A program made the position numbers and the translations under genes. Under the pieces are notes generated by a model. The model saw only the letters and a program-made list of their open reading frames with translations. It was not told where the DNA came from and ran no database searches. From NCBI GenBank assembly GCA_030605745.1, contig JAUWHT010000330.1, positions 1-38,491 on the forward strand: a DNA stretch of 38,491 nucleotides. The letters run 5' to 3'. Shown piece by piece: positions 23,983 through 31,315 of the stretch. The first letter of the stretch is position 1, and each line of letters begins with the position of its first letter. The DNA is from Pirellulales bacterium. GTDB taxonomy: Bacteria; Planctomycetota; Planctomycetia; Pirellulales; Thermoguttaceae.

Positions 23983-25829
23983 AACCCTTCCTCTTTGAAG
24001 ATGCGTGCCTTCTGCTCCCGGTCGATCCAAATTGCCCACAACGGATGCACGTCCTGGATGTTTGGATAGAATCCCTTCACGTATGGCCGGATCATCGACG
24101 TGGAGACGTAGAAGTAGATCGGTATGATGGGCAACTGGTCCATCAGAATTTGCTCGGCCTGGTGGAAGTACTGCATCCGCTTCGAGGCGTCCTTTTCCCG
24201 TTGGGCCGCCTCGACCAGTTTATCGTACCGGGGATTTCCCCATCCGGTCTGATTCTGCGGCCCGTCGCTGACGAACATATCGAGGAACGTATTGGGGTCG
24301 ACGTAATCGCCGATCCATCCGGCCCGGGCAATCTGGTACTTCTTCTGTCGCCTGGCGCTGAGGTATGCGGCCCATTCCTGGTTCCTAAGCCGCACGTCGA
24401 TCCCCAGGGCGCGCTTCCACTGCGACTGAATCAGCTCGGCGATTGCCCGGTGGGCTTCGCTGGTATTGTAGAGGATTTCGATTTTCGGGCATCCACGGCC
24501 GCCCGGGTAGCCGGCCTCGGCCAACAGCCGCCGGGCTTCTTCTACGTTGTACCGGCCACACTGGGCCGGAACGTAGTCGACGTACTTGGAAACCTCCGGC
24601 GGCACGAGACTCCTGGCTGGTGTCTGGCCGGCCCGGGTCACCTTCTCCACGATCTGCCGCTTGTCGATCGAAAGCGCCAGCGCCCGACGTACCCGAACGT
24701 CGTCCAGCGGTCGCTTCGTCGTGTTGATGATGTAGTAATAGACTGCCAGAAACGGCGCCGGGTTGAAATCGGCCTGCTCGCGCCGCATCAGGTCGGGCAC
24801 GATCTCGGTGGGCACCGTGCTGATCCAGTCGGCCTGGCCGGTCAAATAGAGATTCAGCGTCGTAGTGTTCGACTTCACTGCCAGCGCATCGACCACCTTA
24901 AGACGCACATTGTCGCGGTTCCAGTACGTCGTGCTCTTGACCAGCCGGATGCGGTCGCGGATCCGCCGGAACTTCAACCGAAATGGCCCGTTGCAGACGA
25001 TGTTCTCTGGCTTGGTCCACACCGGATAACCGTGCGTCTCGACACACCGACGGTTGACCGGAGACATCGGATAGAAGCCCATCAGGTTCAAGAAGTACGG
25101 CACCGGGTGCCTGAGTCGTATTCGCAGCGTGCGATCGTCGAGCGCACGGATGCCGACGGACCGGAAATCGTAGATCAGCCACTGGTAGTCTTCGGTGCCC
25201 GCTTCGGTTGCCCCCTTCTGGAACTGTCGCTGTCGTCCGTCGACTTTAACGACATACACGGGTTCGTTGGGCAGTGCCACCTTTTTGTGCTTAATATCCA
25301 GCAGCTCTCCCCGCAGCGTAATCCCGGCCGCGTATGGCAGCGCGCCGGGTGGTTTCTCCTTTAGCTCGATCTCGACTGGGTCGCCGATCATCACCTTGCC
25401 GCTGGAGTATTTTTGGGCCCCGACCACGTACCACATCTCGTACGCATACTCCGAAGCGGTCGCCGGATGCAGGAAACGGCGAAACGACCAGGCGAAGTCG
25501 TGGGCCGTCACGGGCGTTGCGTCCGACCAGAGCGCGCCGCGGCGAATATCAAAGGTGTAAGTCAGCTCATCATCGGAGATGTCCCACGATTGGGCCATGC
25601 CGGGGATCGGCTTGAGCGTTTTGGGGTGCCAACGGCAGAGCCCCTCGAAGAGCGCGCCAACAATTCGCCCCTCCGGTTGCCCGGTGACGATGGCCGGATC
25701 GACCGTCTTGATCTCGTCGCCGTTGCAGAAGGTGAAATCGGCCTCAGGCAGTGTGCCGAACGACACCGCCCAGACCATCACCGCCAGGCAAACCGCGGCA
25801 ATAAGGTAAGGAACCGCTTTCTTCATCAT
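23979..25829 (-). CDS. ABC transporter substrate-binding protein, family 5 (peptide/nickel, OppA-like)
   Basis: About 616 aa from ATG 25829, with signal peptide MMKKAVPYLIAAVCLAVMVWA. The family 5 SBP pattern appears throughout (FRIRLRHPVPYF, WIGDYVDPNTFL). Confidence 0.85.
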   Translation of the reverse strand: MMKKAVPYLIAAVCLAVMVWAVSFGTLPEADFTFCNGDEIKTVDPAIVTGQPEGRIVGALFEGLCRWHPKTLKPIPGMAQSWDISDDELTYTFDIRRGALWSDATPVTAHDFAWSFRRFLHPATASEYAYEMWYVVGAQKYSSGKVMIGDPVEIELKEKPPGALPYAAGITLRGELLDIKHKKVALPNEPVYVVKVDGRQRQFQKGATEAGTEDYQWLIYDFRSVGIRALDDRTLRIRLRHPVPYFLNLMGFYPMSPVNRRCVETHGYPVWTKPENIVCNGPFRLKFRRIRDRIRLVKSTTYWNRDNVRLKVVDALAVKSNTTTLNLYLTGQADWISTVPTEIVPDLMRREQADFNPAPFLAVYYYIINTTKRPLDDVRVRRALALSIDKRQIVEKVTRAGQTPARSLVPPEVSKYVDYVPAQCGRYNVEEARRLLAEAGYPGGRGCPKIEILYNTSEAHRAIAELIQSQWKRALGIDVRLRNQEWAAYLSARRQKKYQIARAGWIGDYVDPNTFLDMFVSDGPQNQTGWGNPRYDKLVEAAQREKDASKRMQYFHQAEQILMDQLPIIPIYFYVSTSMIRPYVKGFYPNIQDVHPLWAIWIDREQKARIFKEEGL

Positions 25830-26229
25830 TTTTGTTAACCTGCGTATTCCAGGCAGGAAATAATGGCCGGCCTGATGATAGACCCGGAAATCGCACTTTT
25901 CAAGAGTTCGTGTAAAGTGTAGAATTCGATACGTGCTGAGCAACCGGCCCTCTCGAGACCTAACTGCCGCATTCTACGGTGGTTGCGATTCGCTTCGGCA
26001 CAGTCAGGGCTTGTCTTGAGCTAGTCAGGTTTTTTTCGAGATTCACGTCTCGTTTTGGATGAATCGGAGTGTTGTGCACGTCTATTGTTTGAGAGGGCGT
26101 GCGCACAGGTACCGTAGCGTTTTTTGCGCTACACCGGGGTCAGGAACACATCCGGCATTCGAGAACTGGGTGGAGATTCCTGGCCCCATTTCTTTGGCCG
26201 CTTGCAGCTTAAGCGCCAGACGACCCCGT

Positions 26230-26252
26230 CGAACGCAGTCGGCGGGCGTTTG
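26230..26252. repeat. family C repeat, inverted copy
   Basis: CGAACGCAGTCGGCGGGCGTTTG is the exact reverse complement of 14111-14133. Confidence 0.85.
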
Positions 26253-26253
26253 G

Positions 26254-26329
26254 GACGAATGATGACAGATGACCAATGACGAATAAGGCCGCCGACCCGC
26301 GAAGGCCCCCATCCGGACCATTCGTCATT
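26254..26329. repeat. heptamer array (ATGAC-type) with a 10-bp inverted repeat
   Basis: GACGAAT GATGACA GATGACC AATGACG AATAAGG (26254-26288). AATGACGAAT (26275-26284) pairs with ATTCGTCATT (26320-26329). Confidence 0.7.
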
Positions 26330-26443
26330 CCCACCCCAGCTTACCCTTGACTATGATGGCCGCCGGTTGATAGACTTGTGCGTTTGGAAGTATGTGGGTG
26401 TTGCCGATAGTAGCACCCGACTGGCTCTGATGAGGGTTTTGCG

Positions 26444-27748
26444 GTGCCTGCTACGTGTGTGGTCGGATTGCAGTGGGGTGATGAGGCCAAGGGGAAGATC
26501 GTCGATCTGCTGACCGAGCGGCACGATATCGTGGTCCGCTACCAAGGAGGGGCCAACGCGGGCCATACGGTCGTTACCGGCGGCGAAACCTATAAGCTGT
26601 CGCTGGTGCCCAGCGGCATCTTCCGGCCCGAGGTCCAGTGCGTGCTGGCCGGCGGCGTGGTGCTCGACCCGGCCGCCCTGCTCGAAGAAATCGACGCACT
26701 GACCGCCCGAGGTATCAAGGTCGCCGAGAATCTGATGCTCAGCGACCGCGCGCACGTGATCTTCCCCTGGCACTTCGAAGAGGATCGGCTGCTCGACCGG
26801 CAGTGCACAAGTGGCGAGGCGATCGGCACCACAATTCGTGGTATCGGGCCGTGCTATTGCGACAAGGTGGGCCGCTCGCTGGCGGTCCGACTGGGCGACA
26901 TGTACCGCGCGAGCTTCCGCGGGCAGATCGAGCAGATTGTCGAGGCTAAGAGCCGGGGCCTTGCCGGATTGGGCGGTACGTCCGACGGCGTGCGGATCGA
27001 TGCCGACGAGATATTCCAGCAATACAGCGAATACGCCCGGCGGTTGAAGCCACACGTGGCCGACACCACGGCCTACCTGCTCGACGCTTTGGAGGCGGAC
27101 AGGAAGGTGCTCTTTGAGGGCGCCCAGGGTACACTGCTGGACGTCGATCACGGCACATTTCCGTATGTCACCAGCAGCAACAGTTCGGGCGTGGGCGTTT
27201 CGTCCGGTTCCGGGGTGCCCGGGCGATACATCACCCGGGTGATCGGCGTGTTGAAGGCCTACGCCACGCGGGTCGGCGGCGGGCCTTTCCCCACCGAACA
27301 GGACAACCAGATCGGGCAACACATCCGCGACCGGGGGAACGAGTACGGCACGGTCACGCGCCGGCCGCGTCGATGCGGTTGGTTCGATGCGGTCGCCGCT
27401 CGCTACGCTGCGCGCCTAAGCGGCGTCGACGTGCTGGCGATCATGCTGCTGGACGTGCCGAGCCAATTGCCCGAGTTGAATATCTGCACGGCCTATGAGT
27501 TGGACGGGCGCCGGACGACCGATTTTCCCGGCCACGTGGACGACCTGCGCAAGGTGGTCCCGGTCTACGAGACCTTGCCCGGCTGGCAAGAGGAAATCAG
27601 CGACGTCCGCCGCATGGACGACCTTCCCGCCGGCGCCAAGCGCTACCTCGACCGCATCAGCCAACTGCTGGACCGCCCGGTGGAGGTCGTCTCGGTAGGT
27701 CCCGATCGCCGGCAGACGATATTTGCTACGCGAGTTGTCACAGTTTAG
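26444..27748 (+). CDS. purA: adenylosuccinate synthase
   Basis: VVGLQWGDEAKGKIVD, GGANAGHTV, GTTIRGIGPCY and the GVD... pattern. The GTG start is at 26444. The stop TAG 27746-27748 lies inside the 29-nt repeat. Confidence 0.95.
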   Translation: MPATCVVGLQWGDEAKGKIVDLLTERHDIVVRYQGGANAGHTVVTGGETYKLSLVPSGIFRPEVQCVLAGGVVLDPAALLEEIDALTARGIKVAENLMLSDRAHVIFPWHFEEDRLLDRQCTSGEAIGTTIRGIGPCYCDKVGRSLAVRLGDMYRASFRGQIEQIVEAKSRGLAGLGGTSDGVRIDADEIFQQYSEYARRLKPHVADTTAYLLDALEADRKVLFEGAQGTLLDVDHGTFPYVTSSNSSGVGVSSGSGVPGRYITRVIGVLKAYATRVGGGPFPTEQDNQIGQHIRDRGNEYGTVTRRPRRCGWFDAVAARYAARLSGVDVLAIMLLDVPSQLPELNICTAYELDGRRTTDFPGHVDDLRKVVPVYETLPGWQEEISDVRRMDDLPAGAKRYLDRISQLLDRPVEVVSVGPDRRQTIFATRVVTV

Positions 27749-27770
27749 CCCCGGCGTCCACGCCGGGAAA
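27742..27770 (+). repeat. 29-nt hairpin repeat, copy 2 (identical to 8911-8939)
   Basis: AGTTTAGCCCCGGCGTCCACGCCGGGAAA. It lies between purA and uppS and supplies the purA stop codon. Confidence 0.9.
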
Positions 27771-27775
27771 TAGTA

Positions 27776-28528
27776 ATGCCCGGTCCATCCCACACAACGA
27801 GCGAATTGCCGGACGTGCCTTGGGAGAAGATGCCGCGGCACATTGCCGTGATTATGGACGGCAACGGGCGTTGGGCCCGGCAGCAGGGATTGCCGCGGAT
27901 CGAGGGACATCGTCGTGGCGTGGCCAGTGTCCGCCGCACCACCGAGGAATGTGCCAGGCTGGGCATCGAGCAGCTTACGCTCTACTGCCTTTCCAGCGAG
28001 AACTGGAAGCGCCCGCCCGCGGAACTCGAGTTCCTGATGCACCTTCTCCAGCAATACATGATCGAAGAGCGCAGCACGATCATGCGGCAGAACATCGGGG
28101 TGGCCATGATCGGCCGCCGGGAGGGGATTCCCGAAGAGGCGCTGCGAGAGATCGACAAGACGGTCTCGATGAGCGCCGAGAACACCGGCTTGCGGCTGTG
28201 TCTGGCAATCAACTACGGCGGCCGGGCCGAACTGGCCGACGCCGTCCGCCGCATTGCCAGTGAAGTACAGTCCGGCCGGCTGGACCCCGCCGACGTAGAC
28301 GAGCAGACGATAGACTCCCACCTTTACACCGCCGGTATGCCGGAGCCCGACCTGTTGATCCGCACGGCCGGCGAGATGCGCATCAGCAACTTCCTGCTAT
28401 GGCAGATCAGCTACGCGGAGATCTGGGTGACCGACCTGTGCTGGCCCGAGTTCGACGAGGCCCAACTCCATGTCGCCATCCGCAACTTCGCCACCCGCGA
28501 CCGCCGGTTCGGCGGACTGACGGAATAA
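27776..28528 (+). CDS. uppS: undecaprenyl-diphosphate synthase (isoprenyl transferase)
   Basis: PRHIAVIMDGNGRWA, FSSENWKRP, DLLIRTAGEMRISNFLLWQ. Confidence 0.95.
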   Translation: MPGPSHTTSELPDVPWEKMPRHIAVIMDGNGRWARQQGLPRIEGHRRGVASVRRTTEECARLGIEQLTLYCLSSENWKRPPAELEFLMHLLQQYMIEERSTIMRQNIGVAMIGRREGIPEEALREIDKTVSMSAENTGLRLCLAINYGGRAELADAVRRIASEVQSGRLDPADVDEQTIDSHLYTAGMPEPDLLIRTAGEMRISNFLLWQISYAEIWVTDLCWPEFDEAQLHVAIRNFATRDRRFGGLTE

Positions 28529-28661
28529 TAAACACGGCGCTGTCAGGGTTTGCTATCTTGCTGTACAATAGGAGAAGCAGGAGACCTGATCGATATCGAA
28601 ACGGCGATATGTCACGCCGAAGAAATCAGTGTAGGATAACCTCAACGGGAGGACATGCGTG

Positions 28662-29000
28662 ATGGCTTCCGAGACACCGACGATCAAGACCGAGTATGCC
28701 CATATTGTTTGCACGCCGGGGATTGTGGGCAAGGAGGCGCGGATTGCTGGCCACCGTATCCGCGTGCGCGACATTGTTGCGGCACGTGACTTGGGAGGCC
28801 TCAGTCCCGAGGAAATCGCGGCCAGCGTCTACCCCAATCTCACACTGGCACAGGTATACGCGGCACTGGCGTACTACGAAGATCACCGCAGCGAGATCGA
28901 CCGTGCATTCGAGGATGACGCCGAGGCGGTTGAGGATTTCAGTCGTCGCCACCCGGATCTGGTGCGCGATCTGCAACCTGATAAGGAATTGGATAGTTGA
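28662..29000 (+). CDS. DUF433-domain protein (antitoxin-like small DNA-binding protein)
   Basis: IVCTPGIVGKEARIAGHRIRVRDIVAARDLGGLSPEEIAASVYPNLTLAQVYAALAYY matches the DUF433 pattern. GGGAGGA lies 8 nt upstream of ATG 28662; GTG 28659 is also possible. Confidence 0.65.
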   Translation: MASETPTIKTEYAHIVCTPGIVGKEARIAGHRIRVRDIVAARDLGGLSPEEIAASVYPNLTLAQVYAALAYYEDHRSEIDRAFEDDAEAVEDFSRRHPDLVRDLQPDKELDS

Positions 29001-29008
29001 GGTGGAAA

Positions 29009-29323
29009 ATGATTGGCGATAATGTGCTCAAGCAGATCAAGTCGATGCTGGAGGCTGCCTTCGTGGACCGTCTGCGAGGCGTGGTGTTGTACGGTTCGGA
29101 GGTTCGCGGTGAGGCCGATCTTGATAGCGACATCGATCTGCTTGTCCTGCTGACCGGACCAGTGAACGAAGGCGAAGATTCCTGGACGTGTATTCGCGCT
29201 TTGTACCCGCTCGTGCTTGAATTAGAGCGGCCGATCCACGCCAAGCCCACCGACATTAGCGTGTACGAGGCACAGGAATATCCGCTATACTGCAACGCTA
29301 AACGGGAAGGAATCCTGGTGTGA
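29009..29323 (+). CDS. minimal nucleotidyltransferase (MNT/MntA-like antitoxin)
   Basis: LYGSEVRGEADLDSDIDLLVLL is the G-S-x(n)-D-x-D nucleotidyltransferase motif. ATG 29009 lies just after GAGGTGGA. The stop overlaps the start of the HEPN gene (GTGA). Confidence 0.8.
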   Translation: MIGDNVLKQIKSMLEAAFVDRLRGVVLYGSEVRGEADLDSDIDLLVLLTGPVNEGEDSWTCIRALYPLVLELERPIHAKPTDISVYEAQEYPLYCNAKREGILV

Positions 29324-29733
29324 AAGCACGAGTTGGAGAGTTGTGGAACCGCGCCAAGAAGGCCATTGCTGTAGCTAGAGCTACCCTCTCACTTGATTCT
29401 GATTCGGCCGCGTCAAGGGCCTATTATGCCGCGTTCTATGCGGTGTCTGCAAGATTCGCATTGGAGGGCCGGTCATTCCGGAGACACTCGGGCGTCGAAG
29501 CAGCCGTACATCGTGACTTGGTCAAAACGGGCATCTGGTCAGTGCAACTCGGCGAGGGCTATTCACGGTTGGCCGAGGTCCGCAGCATCGGCGACTACGG
29601 CGAAGCGGAACACGTTTCTGAGAAGCACGCCGCCGAAGCCATCGAAATTGCGACCGAAATCCTCAACACCGTCGCTCGCGAACACTCCGATATATTTGCT
29701 ACGCCATCCGCAACCGGCGGTTCGGGGGATTGA
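29320..29733 (+). CDS. HEPN-domain protein (HepT-like toxin partner of MNT)
   Basis: SRAYYAAFYAVSARFALEGRSFRRHSGVEAAVHRDLVKTG...EVRSIGDYGE...EKHAAEAIEIA follows the helical HEPN pattern with the R-x4-DY motif. It forms a 4-nt overlap pair with the MNT gene. Confidence 0.75.
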   Translation: MKARVGELWNRAKKAIAVARATLSLDSDSAASRAYYAAFYAVSARFALEGRSFRRHSGVEAAVHRDLVKTGIWSVQLGEGYSRLAEVRSIGDYGEAEHVSEKHAAEAIEIATEILNTVAREHSDIFATPSATGGSGD

Positions 29734-29885
29734 CGGACTGAGTGTTCCCGTTCAGGATCGTATGAATCAAGTGCTGGCACAAGGTGATGGTCGGTGCCCT
29801 TGTTATCCGAACTGATTGAGCGAACCTCACGCCTTCAACGAATGTCCACAGAACACGGGAATCCACCCTGTCTGGATAAACGTAG

Positions 29886-31094
29886 TTGGCGCTGCTAACT
29901 TGGCCGGCGCAACTTGTTGCACCAATATTCAAATGTGTGCCCAATTCACGATCTGTCACCGTGGCAAGAAGAAGAGGAAACCGAACCGGTCACCCACGTC
30001 ATCCGGGGCGAATTGCAAAGACAGAAACTCAGCTCCTGGCTGAACTCGAAGACCACCTTTTTCTCTTGCGAGACCAATGGCACAGTCTGAGGAGAGACCC
30101 TGTGCACATCAAAGTAATTGCAGCCGAACTTCGTGTTCTCCTCTGCCTTTCGGGTGGTACTGAGGGACTGCTTTGGAGACTCGCGGACCGTTTGGGAGTA
30201 TCCGATGCTATTGAAGTGTACTCACACGGTGGTGTTGATCCAGACCATCCACTGGCGAAAGGACTGCGACTCGCTGTGACTTTTCTTCAGCGTCCCGGTG
30301 CCTTTGCTCATCCTGCGTTTGCAAAGCTGTCTCCGGACAAGGTCTCCAGGCTCAGGGATGTGGTTAAACGGGACGAAGCGGTCTACACGCTCGGAAGAAG
30401 CTTCACTCATGAGCAGATCATCCGCAAGATCGCCGAGCAAATCGGCACCGCTCACGCCGACGACGGCATCGAGCCGGGGCTTGCCACGTTGAACGAGCTA
30501 TTGATTTATGGGCGTTCAGTATACTTCCCAATACTCGCATTCCTTGCTGAGGCTACTTTGGAGGTCGGGGAACGTGTGCTGTACTTTGCGGGTACGTCCG
30601 GAAAATACCAAAGGCGACGTTATAGCCCGCCGGTAAGCATCGTAGTACATCTTACTCTTCGTGAAATCCCGCTTGGACGTGTAGCGATTGTCACGTTCCA
30701 GTCGCACACGGCGGCAGTCAAAGTCCAGGTCTTGATTAGCCCTCGGACGTTTGTCTTCATAGTGGGCAAAGCAGCGAAAAGACCGACAACGGTCTCCGTT
30801 CCATTCCCGTCTGACTGGCAGGAGGGAGGAAACGTTGCATCTTGTCTTGTGTATGACCATCGGTCGAAGCGACTGCAAGCGATGGGACCAAATATCGGCG
30901 GAGAGTCCATTGAAGGATGTGATCTGGGCTACGTTCACATCGCAGAGTTTTCGCACCCGCAGATGGACCCAGCACATGAACCGTACGCACTCGTGCAAGG
31001 CATCCATACTCACGAGCATTTGTTCACACCGAGCGAGTTCGCCCAACTTCTGCAAAAGAAGCGGCTCGCCGCCAGCAGCGACTCAGACGTCTAA
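29886..31094 (+). CDS. orphan hypothetical protein (377-402 aa), low GC
   Basis: This is the only long ORF in 29.8-31.1 kb. There is no in-frame ATG near the 5' end; candidate starts are TTG 29886, GTG 29937 and GTG 29961. Sampled GC is 28-32 per 60 nt, against 40-42 per 60 nt in the flanking uppS and murC. I recognise no signal peptide, TM segment or Walker A motif. The N-terminal half looks helical and the C-terminal half beta-rich. Confidence 0.6.
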   Translation: MALLTWPAQLVAPIFKCVPNSRSVTVARRRGNRTGHPRHPGRIAKTETQLLAELEDHLFLLRDQWHSLRRDPVHIKVIAAELRVLLCLSGGTEGLLWRLADRLGVSDAIEVYSHGGVDPDHPLAKGLRLAVTFLQRPGAFAHPAFAKLSPDKVSRLRDVVKRDEAVYTLGRSFTHEQIIRKIAEQIGTAHADDGIEPGLATLNELLIYGRSVYFPILAFLAEATLEVGERVLYFAGTSGKYQRRRYSPPVSIVVHLTLREIPLGRVAIVTFQSHTAAVKVQVLISPRTFVFIVGKAAKRPTTVSVPFPSDWQEGGNVASCLVYDHRSKRLQAMGPNIGGESIEGCDLGYVHIAEFSHPQMDPAHEPYALVQGIHTHEHLFTPSEFAQLLQKKRLAASSDSDV

Positions 31095-31279
31095 CAACAG
31101 GCACTTAGCGTCCGTTTCCTTGTGAGTCGCTTGAGCGTCACTCCCGATGACACTGCTCAGCCGCCGAAGGTCAGGGCGGTCGGCCTCCTCGCACATCTGG
31201 TCCATCTACTCCAACGCTTCAGGAGGCGACGGTGCAGGAAAGTGGCCGTTAGGAGGCAGCACAGACTTTCCGGTCTCTA

Positions 31280-31308
31280 TTGACGTAATCCTCCTTTCTC
31301 TATATCAT
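31280..31308 (+). promoter_or_regulatory. candidate sigma70-type promoter abutting the murC start
   Basis: TTGACG (31280-31285), 17-nt spacer, TATCAT (31303-31308). The murC ATG at 31316 lies only 7 nt after the -10 element. Confidence 0.3.
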
Positions 31309-31315
31309 CGCAACT

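Noticed and set aside
26059-26321. Track ORFs 26059..26262(+) and 26082..26321(-) in the oppA-purA spacer.
   Set aside because: They translate the family C repeat and the heptamer region; the same TPADCVRR peptide appears at 14.1 kb. They have no start context and an implausible composition.
25830-26443. The 600-bp oppA-purA intergenic region considered as a hidden ncRNA or riboswitch locus. A weak TTGACT-18-TAGACT promoter candidate lies near 26346-26375.
   Set aside because: I could identify no conserved ncRNA signature by eye, and the promoter match is weak. The region is largely accounted for by repeat families.
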